Shown here: positions 9,704 to 20,586 of the stretch, piece by piece
How the letters are laid out: each line of letters starts with the position of its first letter
Numbering within the stretch: position 1 is the stretch's first letter
DNA from: an uncultured delta proteobacterium
GTDB taxonomy: Bacteria; Desulfobacterota; Desulfobacteria; Desulfobacterales; Desulfatirhabdiaceae
Direction of reading: 5' to 3'
Assembly: GCA_963789395.1 (NCBI GenBank)
Contig: CAWBKP010000007.1
Location: forward strand, 1 to 64,000
Length of the DNA: 64,000 nt
Translations under genes and position numbers: made by a program
The notes under the pieces: generated by a model
What the model was told of the DNA's origin: nothing
Databases searched by the model: none
What the model saw: the letters and a program-made list of their open reading frames with translations, nothing else

Positions 9704-11914
9704 ATGGCTGAAAGCATAAAAGAAATTTTCAAACGAAAGCTTGTTTCTGTCGGGTTTGTGCGGACCATGGGTCTTTTCGGTGCCACCACCCTGGGGATCG
9801 GTGCGCTGATGGGAGCCGGTATATACGTGCTTATCGGGCTGGCTGCAGGCGCTGCCGGACCGGGAGCATGGCTCTCATACCTCATCTGCGGCCTTTTAAG
9901 CCTTCTTTCCGTTTCCGTCTTTGGAGAACTTTCCCGCAGGATACCTCTTTCCGGCGGGGGGTATGCCTTTGTTTACAGTGTGCTGGGAAGCTTCTGGGGG
10001 TTCATTACCGGATGGCTTTTGGCGCTGGGGAGCATATTTGCCTGCGCCATGTATGCAACCGGTTTTGCTTATTATGCCACGACCATTTTCTCCCCGGATG
10101 TCCCCAAACCCCTTTTAAAATCGATCGCACTTGCCGTCATTTTCCTTCTAACGATGCTCAACTGCCGCGGGACCAGGAGCGGGGACAGCATCCAGAAAAT
10201 TCTGACGTGGGGAAATCTGCTGGTGCTTGCAATCCTGATCGGGCTGACCGTGCCCGACGCGGATCCGAAGCTGATGCGACCTATGTTTCCAAAGGGTATG
10301 GAAGGCATCGGCGGTGCCATTGCCATCATCTATGTGTCTTTTTTCGGATACCAGCTCATTGCCAACAACGCTGAAGAAATCGTTGATCCGGAAAAGACCG
10401 TTCCCATGGCCATGTTTCTGTCCATGTTCGTCAGCCTTTTATTCTACATTGCCGTAGCGCTCATATCGGTCATGGTCATCCCCTGGGAAATGCTCGCTGA
10501 ATCCAACGCGCCACTGGTCATCGTCGCCATGAAGGGCATCGGGAAGTCGGGATGGCTGCTTGTTGCAATGGGGGGTGTTTTTGCCTCAGCCGCCGCCCTG
10601 AACAGCACCCTGCTTTCCCAGGCAAGGCAAATCTTTGCAATGGGCAAGGACAGGCTTTTTCCTGCCATCCTGGGACGGATTCATGAAGTGAGCAGAACGC
10701 CCCGAGCCGCCCTGTGGATCGGCGGGACAGTGACGCTTGCAGCGGTGCTCCTCGGGGAACTCACGTTCATTGTCAAATCGGCGAATTTTTGTTTCATGGT
10801 TTCCCTGTTGCCGGCATCTCTGGCCCTTCGCAAATTGTACCGATCAGCCGAATCATCTGAACCTGTACACTTTTTCAAACGGTATATTCCTGAGGCCGCA
10901 CTTATTGCCAATCTGCTGCTTCTTTTCACGCTGGATTGGGTTTCCATTATCTTCGGTCTGAATCTGATAGGGGTCGGGTTTGTCATCTATCTTCTTTATT
11001 CGCGCAAACGTGAGATCCGAAGCCGCACCGGGATGAGCGTGGTATTGACAGAGCAACCCAAAGCGAAGCTTCTGACTGGGATGAAACTCCTTGTCCCCAT
11101 TGCAAATCCCCAGACCCTGCCTTCCCTTTTTTCCCTCAGCGCAGCCCTGCTTGCCGGTGTCGAAGGAGAACTGGTCGTGCTGAATGTTGTTGCGGCCAGC
11201 GATCAGATTGACTTTCATTCCACACTGGCCGAAGCAGAGGATTCTCTGACCCTGCTGGACAAGGGCATTCAATTACCGGACTTGGCACAGATAAATATCA
11301 GGCCGGTGATTCGCGTGTCGCGCAGCCTGCCCAAGGGAATTGTTCATGCCGCCGAAGAGGAAGGCTGCAACATGATTATTATGGGCTTTGCTGGGGAGGA
11401 ATCACTTCAGACCGTTAACCTTATGGATGAAGTCTTTTCACTGGCAAATACGGATATGGTTCTGCTGAAAGTCAGGGGGGAATTTCACCCCAAACGGATT
11501 GCCGTATCCCTTGGCGGAAGCAAGAATCTGAGCCTGATTGTCAGGTTGGCAGGAAATCTGGCGGATCGTTTTGACGGGCAGATTGATTTTTTTAATATTC
11601 TTCCCCCTGATTATACTGTAGCGCAAAAGGCTTATTCCACTCAGATACTGGCAGAAGCCATCAAGCAGCACATGGCAAAAGCCCTTTACAGGATTGAACT
11701 GGCCAGTTCCGACTCGCCGTTGGATTTTCTGGTTGAACGATCTGCTGATTTTGATCTTCTCATTGTGGGGGCCACCAAGGTCGGGTTCTTCGAAAGAGCA
11801 GTCATCGGGCCATTTTCCAGTCAAATTGCACGTCGCTCTCACTGCTCCGTTGCGGTCGTCAGGGTCGCCCAGACAGCGGAGAGGTTAGGAAAATCGATTA
11901 TTCGAAGCGAGTAG
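9704..11914 (+). CDS. APC family amino acid permease with C-terminal universal stress protein domains
   Basis: GALMGAGIY, about 12 TM helices and AEEIVDPEKTVP. C-terminal USP-like segments LLVPIANP, GIVHAAEEEGCNMIIMG and IARRSHCSVAVVR. Confidence 0.88.
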   Translation: MAESIKEIFKRKLVSVGFVRTMGLFGATTLGIGALMGAGIYVLIGLAAGAAGPGAWLSYLICGLLSLLSVSVFGELSRRIPLSGGGYAFVYSVLGSFWGFITGWLLALGSIFACAMYATGFAYYATTIFSPDVPKPLLKSIALAVIFLLTMLNCRGTRSGDSIQKILTWGNLLVLAILIGLTVPDADPKLMRPMFPKGMEGIGGAIAIIYVSFFGYQLIANNAEEIVDPEKTVPMAMFLSMFVSLLFYIAVALISVMVIPWEMLAESNAPLVIVAMKGIGKSGWLLVAMGGVFASAAALNSTLLSQARQIFAMGKDRLFPAILGRIHEVSRTPRAALWIGGTVTLAAVLLGELTFIVKSANFCFMVSLLPASLALRKLYRSAESSEPVHFFKRYIPEAALIANLLLLFTLDWVSIIFGLNLIGVGFVIYLLYSRKREIRSRTGMSVVLTEQPKAKLLTGMKLLVPIANPQTLPSLFSLSAALLAGVEGELVVLNVVAASDQIDFHSTLAEAEDSLTLLDKGIQLPDLAQINIRPVIRVSRSLPKGIVHAAEEEGCNMIIMGFAGEESLQTVNLMDEVFSLANTDMVLLKVRGEFHPKRIAVSLGGSKNLSLIVRLAGNLADRFDGQIDFFNILPPDYTVAQKAYSTQILAEAIKQHMAKALYRIELASSDSPLDFLVERSADFDLLIVGATKVGFFERAVIGPFSSQIARRSHCSVAVVRVAQTAERLGKSIIRSE

Positions 11915-12037
11915 CATGAAGAAACGGAGATTTGCGGTTCAGTTACATGGCTGTACTTGCAGGTGTCATCTTGAAGTAGCTTATCGAAAATATAAACGCA
12001 TAAATAAATTATTACTGTTATTGGTGCATACTGGCAT

Positions 12038-13681
12038 GTGCCTATCAATATGAAAAACGAATCTCATGAAAACCAATGTCCAATAACGGAATTCAGCACC
12101 GCTACAGCATGCTCTGAAATTCAAGAATATCTTGATATCCGCCGGCAGCGACGGTGGATTTTTCCGCGGGCCGCTCTGGTTGGGGCTTGTTCGGGCATCA
12201 TCGCCCTGCTGTTCCGGGTCTCACTGACCGGCGCAGACGCCTTGAGAAACGGGTTGATTGCCTGGGCGCAGCACATGACGATGTGGGGCTGGGTTTTTCC
12301 TGTGATTTTTACGGCACTCGGAGCTTGGATTTCGGTAGCGCTGACATTACGCTATGCGCCGGAGACCAGCGGCAGCGGTATTCCACACTTGGAAGCCGTT
12401 CTTCAACGCTTACGCATCCTTGAATGGAAGCGCGTTCTTCCAATTAAATTTATCGGGGGCATCCTGGCAATCGGAAGTGGGTTGACTCTCGGCCGCGAAG
12501 GCCCCACGGTCCAGATGGGCGGCGCCATAGGTGATGCCATCTCACGCCTGCTAAAAGTGTTGCCGAGGGAGCGTCTGACATTGATTTCAGCCGGAGCAGG
12601 CGCCGGGCTGGCCGCTGCGTTCAACGCTCCCCTATCAGGGCTTGTATTTGTGCTCGAAGAAGTTCGGCGCGACTTTCAACCGATTGTTTTTGGCGCAGCC
12701 TTCATCGCGGCGGCAATCGCCGACATCGTCGTGCAGATGGGGTCAGGCCAGTTCCCTATTTTTTCAGTTCCCAGTTATCCGGCTCCTCCCCTGGCTTCCC
12801 TGCCGATATTCGCTTTATTGGGACTGGCAACCGGCGTGTTCGGCCTGCTCTTCAATCGCAGCCTGCTGTACGCGCTTGATATTTATGAACGGTTGCATCG
12901 TCGCATGATTCTTCCCGCTGCTGCAATAACCGGCGGTGCGATCGGACTGATTGGCTGGTTCAATCCTATCGCAATCGGCAGCGGACACAGTCTGGCTGAG
13001 AGCGTACTTAAAGGAGAATTACTGCTTAGCGCGATCCCGCTTTTTCTTGTCATTCGTTTCTTAACGACCATCACCAGTTACGGAAGCGGTGCACCCGGGG
13101 GCATATTTGCGCCGTTACTCGTATTGGGCGCACTGATCGGTCTGGCCGTCGGACAAATTTCCCACAACCTGGCGCCCGGTAGCGTACCGGTCCCGGCCGT
13201 TTTCGCCGTAGTTGGCATGGCCGCCTATTTTGCCGCCATCGTACGCGCTCCGCTTACTGGCATTATGCTCATCGTAGAAATGACGGGCGATTATTCCCTG
13301 ATGCTGCCTTTGCTGGTAAGTTGTTTCTGTGCGTATGCCACCACTGAATTTCTTAACGATTTGCCGATTTACGAAGCTTTGCTGGAACGCGACTTGAAAC
13401 ACGGCGGGGATGCACTCCTCTTGAAAGAGCCTGTGGTTGCGGACTTCATTGTCCAGCCGGATTCCCCTTTTGCCGATCGCGAAGTTCATTCTCTTGGACT
13501 TCCATCCGGGTGTATTCTCATCCGTTGCTCGGACGGAAAACGCGAATGGGTGCCGAAGGCAAACACTCGCCTGGAGTCACATATGCGTATTACAGCATTA
13601 ATTTCGCCGGAAATTTCCAATGGCCTTGAGATCCTGCGTCAGGGTTGTGGGACACCTGACGGCAGTAAAGCAAATACATGA
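12038..13681 (+). CDS. clcA: ClC H+/Cl- exchange transporter with C-terminal TrkA-C-like domain
   Basis: GSGIP, GREGP, GLAAAFNAP, GIFAP and PIYE. The tail DSPFADREVHSLGLPSGCILI is RCK_C-like. Confidence 0.9.
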   Translation: MPINMKNESHENQCPITEFSTATACSEIQEYLDIRRQRRWIFPRAALVGACSGIIALLFRVSLTGADALRNGLIAWAQHMTMWGWVFPVIFTALGAWISVALTLRYAPETSGSGIPHLEAVLQRLRILEWKRVLPIKFIGGILAIGSGLTLGREGPTVQMGGAIGDAISRLLKVLPRERLTLISAGAGAGLAAAFNAPLSGLVFVLEEVRRDFQPIVFGAAFIAAAIADIVVQMGSGQFPIFSVPSYPAPPLASLPIFALLGLATGVFGLLFNRSLLYALDIYERLHRRMILPAAAITGGAIGLIGWFNPIAIGSGHSLAESVLKGELLLSAIPLFLVIRFLTTITSYGSGAPGGIFAPLLVLGALIGLAVGQISHNLAPGSVPVPAVFAVVGMAAYFAAIVRAPLTGIMLIVEMTGDYSLMLPLLVSCFCAYATTEFLNDLPIYEALLERDLKHGGDALLLKEPVVADFIVQPDSPFADREVHSLGLPSGCILIRCSDGKREWVPKANTRLESHMRITALISPEISNGLEILRQGCGTPDGSKANT

Positions 13682-13803
13682 TGGCGTGGCTCGCGCATTG
13701 ATGCCAATTCTGTAATTCCGGAGACATCCATGATAAGTAGCGTCAAGAAAATAATAATACCTATCCTCCCCAGATTGCAGATTTACAATAGGAAAAACAA
13801 GCA

Positions 13804-14424
13804 ATGGAAATGTCGGTGAAGTATTATTATGCCGTCATGGGCTGGGTCCTCTGGTGCACCCTCCACAGCACCCTGATCTCCATTACCGTGACGGAATATA
13901 TAAAAAGGAAGATGGGGGGCAGCTTCCGATATTACCGCCTTATTTTCAATGCAGTGTCTGTCGCGACGCTGATTCCCCTCATATACTATTCCCGCATGAT
14001 TCGTGAAGCACCCGTATTCTTTTGGGAAGGCCCCTTTGCGATTATTCAGGTTCTCCTGTTTGCGACCGCCCTCTGTCTGTTTGTTGCCGGAGGCAGGCAT
14101 TATAGCTGGGCACAGTTTAGCGGGGTTGCCCAGATCCGGTCGGATAAACCGGATGGTTCCCTTTGCGAATGTGATACTTTCGTTGTGTCGGGCATTCACC
14201 GGATCATCCGGCATCCCTGGTACCTGGGAGGCATGATGATCGTATGGGTGGAGAATCTGAGCGTCTCGACAATCCTGATCAACATCATCATCAGCGTCTA
14301 TTTTATTGTCGGATCCATTCTGGAAGAGCGGAAACTGGTGCGCCAGTTCGGCGAAAAATACCGGGAATACCAGCAGACCGTATCCATGCTCTTCCCCTGG
14401 CGATGGCTAAAATCGAAGATTTAA
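13804..14424 (+). CDS. Isoprenylcysteine carboxyl methyltransferase / NnrU-like membrane protein
   Basis: Hydrophobic, with WCTLHS, IRHPWYLG and LEERKLVRQFGEKYREYQ motifs. Confidence 0.8.
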   Translation: MEMSVKYYYAVMGWVLWCTLHSTLISITVTEYIKRKMGGSFRYYRLIFNAVSVATLIPLIYYSRMIREAPVFFWEGPFAIIQVLLFATALCLFVAGGRHYSWAQFSGVAQIRSDKPDGSLCECDTFVVSGIHRIIRHPWYLGGMMIVWVENLSVSTILINIIISVYFIVGSILEERKLVRQFGEKYREYQQTVSMLFPWRWLKSKI

Positions 14425-14625
14425 ACGGCTGATGATGCCAACAGAAAAAAGATCCTTGGAAGGGGGGCTATCCCATTGACGAGAGGGGAGATTATCATTA
14501 TTCATCCTGAATGAAAGGTAGTTATTGGCATGAACAGAATATGTCGAATTTAATTCCGCTCTGTATTTTCCTCAGGCAGCTCATATTTGATAACTACTGC
14601 TAACTTCAGGCAAAGGCACAGGCCC

Positions 14626-16605
14626 ATGAACAAATACATCAAATACCTATTGGCGGCACTCGCCGCAACAGGAGTGCTCGTTGTCCTTCTGATAGTGGTC
14701 GTTTCACTGGTGATCAATCCCAATGATTACAAGCCGCATATCGTGCAGATGGTTAAGGAGCAAAAGCAGCGAAAACTGACTCTCGCCGGCGATATCAAGC
14801 TGACTTTTTTCCCCATGCTGGGGCTGGATCTGGGCCGGGCTTCGGTAAGCGAATTCCGGGGCGAAAAGGAATTCGCGTCAGTGGAAAGCGCTCGCCTTTA
14901 CCTGTCCTGGTGGCCGCTGCTGAGAAAGCAGCTGGTCGTGGACCAGGTGCGCATTGAAGGAATCCGCGCCAATCTGGTACGTTTCAAGAATGACACGACC
15001 AATTTTGACGATCTGCTGAAAAAGGATGCGGAAGACAACCAGATCATGTTCGATATTGACAGTGTATTGATCGACAACAGCGCTCTTTCATTCCGGGATG
15101 AGACGGAAGGGCGCCAGTTTGCATTGAGCGACATCAAAATCAAGACTGGTCGCCTCGCCAATGGCAAGCCCACCGAGGCTGCCGCGGATTTCAGTCTGAA
15201 GGGTGATAATCCGCAAGTCAATGTACGCATCCATATGATTTCCGGTTTGACTTTCGATACTGCTGCCGGGCGGTATGCCGTAAAGGACATGACTCTTGAA
15301 ATCCAGGGCGAAACGGCAGGAGGGGAAATAGGGATAGTGGCAAGCATCCCCTCCCTTGCAAGCGACCGCCAGTCGCTCAAGGCGGACGCGCTGAAGATCG
15401 AATTGAGCGCCAGGCAGCCAGGCGGAAAGTACAAGGGCGAACTGTCCTTGTCACTGATCGGCAATTACGAAGACAATCTCTTTTTATTGTCCGCTGTGAA
15501 AGGCAACCTTGCGGCAGGCAATGCGAAAATGTCCGGCGGAGGCATGAATCTTGATATTGCCGGCTCCGCACAACTTGATCAGCGGCATAAGCAAGCGATG
15601 GTGGACCTGACCTTGCATCTGGACGAGAGCAATATCAAGCTTAAAGCCGGCGCAAGCCCTTTCTCCGACCCGCACATCGCACTCGATCTTGACATTGACC
15701 GACTCGATGCCGACCGCTACTTGCCGACCCAGACGCCGGAGAATCCGGCCCAACCGGGAAAGCCGTTCGATTTCTCGATTCTGAAAACACTCAACGCCAA
15801 CGGCAGCGTGCGAGTCGGCGGCCTCAAGCTGTATAACATCAAGGCAGGCAACGTAGCGATAGAATTTAAGGCAGGTGGAGGGAAGCTGTCTGTCAGCCCG
15901 CTGACTGCAGAACTCTACCAGGGAACCACAAGCGGAGCCATGTCGCTGGATGCAGCAGACCAGAGGATCACTGCACGGCAGAACATAATTGGGGTCAATA
16001 TCGCCCCGCTGCTGAAAGATGCCTTGAACCAGAACATTCTAGAAGGCAGGGGAAACGTAAATTTTGATCTTGTCGCCAAAGGCGATACCGTCAGCGCCAT
16101 GAAAAAAACATTGCAGGGCAAAGCAGGCCTCAGCCTGCGCGACGGCGCGGTAAACGGCGTCAACATCCCGGCAAGGTTGCGAGAAGCCCAGGCAGGGTTG
16201 AGTGTCCTGAAAGGTGAAAAAGTACAGACCGCCAACATGCAGGAAAAAACCGATTTCTCCGAGCTTTCCGCCAGTTTCAACGTAAATCGCGGTGTGGCAC
16301 ATAACAAGGATCTTTCAGCCAAATCTCCCCTGCTGCGCGTATCCGGCAACGGCGATATCGACATCGGCGCTGAATTGCTGAATTACCGCATCCGAGCCAC
16401 CGTGGTGGGCAGCCTGGAAGGGCAAGGAGGCCGCGAACTATCGGCACTCAAGGGCGTGACGGTGCCGGTGCGAGTCACTGGACCCTTCGCCGCACCCGAG
16501 TTGGCGTTCGATTTCGATGCCCTGATCACAGAGAGCATGAAGAATGAGATCAAGATCCGCGCCGCCGACGTGCTGAAGGAAGGCTTTAAGGGACTGTTCC
16601 ACTAA
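14626..16605 (+). CDS. asmA: AsmA family protein
   Basis: N-terminal TM anchor, NPNDYK, NFDDLL, LYQG, TDFSELSASF, NKDL...SPLLRVSG and VPVRVTGPF. Confidence 0.88.
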   Translation: MNKYIKYLLAALAATGVLVVLLIVVVSLVINPNDYKPHIVQMVKEQKQRKLTLAGDIKLTFFPMLGLDLGRASVSEFRGEKEFASVESARLYLSWWPLLRKQLVVDQVRIEGIRANLVRFKNDTTNFDDLLKKDAEDNQIMFDIDSVLIDNSALSFRDETEGRQFALSDIKIKTGRLANGKPTEAAADFSLKGDNPQVNVRIHMISGLTFDTAAGRYAVKDMTLEIQGETAGGEIGIVASIPSLASDRQSLKADALKIELSARQPGGKYKGELSLSLIGNYEDNLFLLSAVKGNLAAGNAKMSGGGMNLDIAGSAQLDQRHKQAMVDLTLHLDESNIKLKAGASPFSDPHIALDLDIDRLDADRYLPTQTPENPAQPGKPFDFSILKTLNANGSVRVGGLKLYNIKAGNVAIEFKAGGGKLSVSPLTAELYQGTTSGAMSLDAADQRITARQNIIGVNIAPLLKDALNQNILEGRGNVNFDLVAKGDTVSAMKKTLQGKAGLSLRDGAVNGVNIPARLREAQAGLSVLKGEKVQTANMQEKTDFSELSASFNVNRGVAHNKDLSAKSPLLRVSGNGDIDIGAELLNYRIRATVVGSLEGQGGRELSALKGVTVPVRVTGPFAAPELAFDFDALITESMKNEIKIRAADVLKEGFKGLFH

Positions 16606-16690
16606 GCCGGGTCAGGTTTCACCGTCTACCGGAACGCGACTGCTTGGGTATTTTGGATTTTAGCACATACTGACAAATAAATAACCAGGC

Positions 16691-18325
16691 TCAGGAACTG
16701 CATGACAACATGGAGCAACCTGCCCGGTGGCGCGCCCAGTCGGGGCGTTTTTCCGCAAATATTTCTTTTCCAGGTTGTTCGGAATAGGGGTGACGAAGCA
16801 GATCGAGCAACTCGACGATCCGGGAAAAATCCCCGGCTTCGGCCTTGTCAATCGCCTCTTGAGCCATATAGTTGCGCAGGACATATTTCGGATTCACGGC
16901 GTTCATTTGCAGACGCCGTGTTTCTGAGGACGCATTATCCTTTTGCACACGGGCGATATATCCGCGCAGCCAATTGCCGATGAGCGCCTTGTATTCCCCG
17001 GTTACCTGTCCGGGAATGTAATAGGCTTCCTTCAGCGGGGCCATTAGGGTGTCGACACTGACGTCGGCCGCTTCAACGGATATGTCCAGCTCGGCAAGCC
17101 TTCGGTAAAATATCGTCATGTCTGTCTCGATTGACGGCAAAATTGAGAGAAGTTCTCCGATCAGCACTTCATCCGTTTGGGGCTCAAAGGCGGTTAGGCC
17201 CAGCTTCCTGGCCATCATGGTTTTCCATTCCCGCTGATAGTGTTCTGCGAAAAAATCCACTGCCTGCTGCAGGGGTTTTGCATTCTGGATCAACGGATAA
17301 ATAGCATTTGCCAGTTGCGCCAGATTCCAATGGGCGATCTGGGGCTGATTGCCGAATCGATACCGCCGGCCGGCCGCATCGGTGGTGTTGGGCGTCCAGT
17401 CGGGATCGTAATTGTCCAGCCACCCGTAGGGGCCGTAATCCAGCGTGAGACCAAGAATGGACATATTGTCCGTATTCATCACGCCGTGTACAAAACCGAC
17501 GCGCATCCACGCTATGATCAGGTCGGCGGTTCTGCGGCACACCTCCTCGAACCACTGAATATAGACGGTCGGCGACGGTTCGCCAAGATGGGGGAAATCA
17601 GTTCGGACAGTGTAATCCATCAGTTGTTTCAAGATGTGAATCTCGCCTCGGGACGCAAATATCTCGAAACTGCCGAAACGGGTGAAGGATGGCGCAACGC
17701 GGCACACCACCGCGCCCGGTTCTTCTCTGGGATGGCCGTCGTAAAACATGTCCCGCTCGACTGGCTCCCCGGTTGCAATCAGGCTTAGCGCCCGGGTGGT
17801 GGGCACCCCCAGATGAAACATGGCCTCGCTGCACAAAAACTCCCGCACGGATGAACGCAATACCGCCAGACCGTCCGCTGTTCGGGCGTAGGGCGTGGGG
17901 CCGGCGCCCTTGAGTTGCAGCGCCCACCGCTCTTGGCGATGGTTGATGATTTCGCCAAGATTGATCGCACGCCCGTCGCCAAGCTGACCGGCCCAATTGC
18001 CGAACTGATGACCGCCGTAACAGGTGGCGTAGGGATCCATTCCCGGCAGCAGGCTGTTTCCGGAAAACACTTGAACAAACTCCGGGGACTCGCAGACTTC
18101 GGACGAAAGATCAAGCAGCGCTGCCGCTTCCTGCGAACAGGCCACCAGTCGGGGAGCCGAAACCCGGGTCGGATTCACCCGGGAATAGCACGATCCCGTC
18201 ACCTGGCGCCGCCGGTTGATGCCCTCGGGGTCGGCCGGCAGTTCACGGGTGAAACGGTTGTCAAAGGTCAGTGACGCCAGCGTGCCGTTCCTAAGTTGGG
18301 TATTCATGATGTCAGATCTCTTCAA
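16691..18325 (-). CDS. selO: Protein adenylyltransferase SelO (YdiU family); true start may be 18307
   Basis: YGGHQFG, GQLGDGRA, QLKGAGPTPY, HGVMNTDN, NPKYVLRNY and C-terminal CSMLSCSS (Cys, not Sec). Confidence 0.95.
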   Translation of the reverse strand: MKRSDIMNTQLRNGTLASLTFDNRFTRELPADPEGINRRRQVTGSCYSRVNPTRVSAPRLVACSQEAAALLDLSSEVCESPEFVQVFSGNSLLPGMDPYATCYGGHQFGNWAGQLGDGRAINLGEIINHRQERWALQLKGAGPTPYARTADGLAVLRSSVREFLCSEAMFHLGVPTTRALSLIATGEPVERDMFYDGHPREEPGAVVCRVAPSFTRFGSFEIFASRGEIHILKQLMDYTVRTDFPHLGEPSPTVYIQWFEEVCRRTADLIIAWMRVGFVHGVMNTDNMSILGLTLDYGPYGWLDNYDPDWTPNTTDAAGRRYRFGNQPQIAHWNLAQLANAIYPLIQNAKPLQQAVDFFAEHYQREWKTMMARKLGLTAFEPQTDEVLIGELLSILPSIETDMTIFYRRLAELDISVEAADVSVDTLMAPLKEAYYIPGQVTGEYKALIGNWLRGYIARVQKDNASSETRRLQMNAVNPKYVLRNYMAQEAIDKAEAGDFSRIVELLDLLRHPYSEQPGKEIFAEKRPDWARHRAGCSMLSCSS

Positions 18326-18514
18326 AGGGTGCCTGTTTATCTTTTGCCTATAATTACATTATAAGCACTAAAAAGGCTTTTTCTTCTTAAAATGCAGGGT
18401 ATTTTTTATATAACATCGGCATTTAATTGCCTTGATCATCCTTTCGGACACTTTGAAGCGTCATTTTTTTGACATTCCCTTTAAAAAAAGGCGGATTTGA
18501 GTTCACGCATTTTT

Positions 18515-20533
18515 CTATCGGTCTATCAGGCTAAGAACAGCCGGCCAGAGTTGACTTTCCTTTCTCTGGAAGGACTTGAACTGCGTTTGCTCCTGTCTGA
18601 CCGGCTGAAAATCCTGAGAGGCGTTTCCAAATACTTCTATGATGCCCGCGCCCCCCTTGCTGAATCCAATGACAATTTGATCTCCAGAATCCGAGTCCAA
18701 ACGACCGCAGGCAGGGCGGACTTCCGCACCTGCGGAAAGAAGACTCTGCTGCCAGGCGATATGCCGGGTACTGTTCTGCACCAGGTCAAACCCCAGTATT
18801 TCGAACCGGCCTGTGCCCTGTTTGCCCAGACCCAGCACGATTTCATCCTTGCCGTCGCCGTTGACATCCCCGCAGGCCGGCCAGCTCTCCCCGTTGATAC
18901 GGTTATAGTCCGGCCAGCTGATCACGCCCCAGCCGCTGGCGTCGCTTTGGCTGGAATCCCGAAGATCCGCACTCCCGGCCGATGTGTAATCAAAGATGAA
19001 AAAGACGCCGCCCGGGATATCCGGGTTGCCGCTGACCGGCCCCAGTCCGACGATCACCTCTTTCGTGCCGTTTCCGTCCAGATCGCCGCAGGCAGGCCGG
19101 GTCTCGCCGTTGCCCCTGTTGTAATCCTGCCAGCCGGTCTGCAGCCACTTGACATGTTTCAGCTGGTGATCCACCAATTTAAACCCCTCCAGGCGGCCCT
19201 CTCCTCCGGGACCAAGCCCGACAATGATTTCATCGATGCCGTCTCCGTCGATATCGCCGCAGGCAGGCCGGGTCTCGCCGTTGATTGCATTGTACTCCGG
19301 CCATTCCACCTGGCCCCAGGCCAAGACCGAATAATCGTCATCGAGCACCGCAAAATACCCGCCGGGGATGCCGGGAGCACCCTGTACCGGTCCCAGCCCC
19401 ACAACGATTTCATCCAGGCCGTCGCCGTCAATGTCTCCGGTGGCGATCCGCATTTCTCCGCTGAGATTGTTGTACTCCGGCCAGTCAATATGAACGGGAA
19501 GCGCTGCCTGGTTCCCCTGGGGATCCAGCACTTCGATCCACCCGCCGCTGCCAGGAAGCACGCCGCTGCCGGCAAGAAGACAGCTGCTGGAAACAATTTC
19601 AGGCTGCTGAAGGAGGCTGCTGCTGGCCAGAAGTTGGCTGGAAGAAGCTGTCCGGGAATGCCGGGTGACCGTTCTCAACGATCTATTATTATAAGGGAAC
19701 CAATTTCTTATAATATTCTTGTTTCGAATGCGGATATCTGCGAAGCTGGCCGAGATGGTGTGATTGGCACCTACACTATAAAATGTATAACTGGTAACCG
19801 CTCCCACGGATACCCCGTCAACCGTTACTGAGGATACCTTGTAATTGGCAGACGGCGTGATGGTAAATGTCTGGTTGGTGCCTGAGTTCACCGAAACCGA
19901 GCCCGAGGGTGAGATGGCGCCATTTGTGTCTGCGGAAGACGTGATGGAGTAAGTGGCTGGGGAGGTGATGACGGTTCTGGAAGTAAAGCTGGCAGAGAGG
20001 GTGTGATTGGCCGTTACATTAGAAAATGTACAGGTGGTGACCGCTCCCAAGGATACTCCGTCAACTGACACATCAGAGACTTTGTAATTGGCTGCCGGCG
20101 TAATCGTAAAACTCTGACCCATGCCGCGACTGACCACTACCGCACTGGAAGGACTTATGGTTCCGTTGGCACTCTGCGCAGGCACCAGTGTAAAACATTC
20201 CAGTTCTGCAGAAAACGCGCTTTCGTTGTGGTTCGTATCATAGGCCGTGACTGCCAAATAGCAGTTTTTCCCTTCTTGAATGCCTGTCAGGGTGTACTGA
20301 GTGGTTTTTCCGACATCCACCGGCACACCGTAGGTTCGGGAAGCCGTTCCATAATACAGTTTATAACCGGCCACGCCCGGATCGGTATTGGCATCCCAGG
20401 CCAGTGTCACCTGTGCTGCATGGGCCTGGGTACTACATGGCCCAATAGAGATCAACATAATCAGACAGACAAGAAGAGAAAATAATGGTATAAAACCAGT
20501 GCAAAAACGTGGAACGGAATCTTGATAACTCAT
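18515..20533 (-). CDS. Secreted protein: FN3 domain, two InlB B-like repeats, FG-GAP-like repeat domain
   Basis: Signal peptide ending AHA and FN3 motif VTLAWDAN..VAGYKLYYG. Two NGxISPS..TITP..NYKVS.V.VDGVS.GAVT..TF..V.ANHT.SASF units. Four W.xYN..xGExx.AxGDxxGxG.xE repeats. Confidence 0.8.
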   Translation of the reverse strand: MSYQDSVPRFCTGFIPLFSLLVCLIMLISIGPCSTQAHAAQVTLAWDANTDPGVAGYKLYYGTASRTYGVPVDVGKTTQYTLTGIQEGKNCYLAVTAYDTNHNESAFSAELECFTLVPAQSANGTISPSSAVVVSRGMGQSFTITPAANYKVSDVSVDGVSLGAVTTCTFSNVTANHTLSASFTSRTVITSPATYSITSSADTNGAISPSGSVSVNSGTNQTFTITPSANYKVSSVTVDGVSVGAVTSYTFYSVGANHTISASFADIRIRNKNIIRNWFPYNNRSLRTVTRHSRTASSSQLLASSSLLQQPEIVSSSCLLAGSGVLPGSGGWIEVLDPQGNQAALPVHIDWPEYNNLSGEMRIATGDIDGDGLDEIVVGLGPVQGAPGIPGGYFAVLDDDYSVLAWGQVEWPEYNAINGETRPACGDIDGDGIDEIIVGLGPGGEGRLEGFKLVDHQLKHVKWLQTGWQDYNRGNGETRPACGDLDGNGTKEVIVGLGPVSGNPDIPGGVFFIFDYTSAGSADLRDSSQSDASGWGVISWPDYNRINGESWPACGDVNGDGKDEIVLGLGKQGTGRFEILGFDLVQNSTRHIAWQQSLLSAGAEVRPACGRLDSDSGDQIVIGFSKGGAGIIEVFGNASQDFQPVRQEQTQFKSFQRKESQLWPAVLSLIDR

Positions 20534-20586
20534 AAAAAACCTCCTAAATACTTTCCGTGCAAAAGCATAAAGAACATGCCTGTTCG

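Noticed and set aside
14626..16605. Possible betaproteobacterial origin of asmA
   Set aside because: Only an impression from sequence style; needs a phylogeny.
16691..16720. Selenocysteine in SelO
   Set aside because: The C-terminus is CSS with a Cys codon; the TGA follows as a normal stop.
18497..19831. 444-aa plus-strand ORF (also 23154-24116, 44680-45771, 56036-57094)
   Set aside because: Antisense shadows of well-supported genes.
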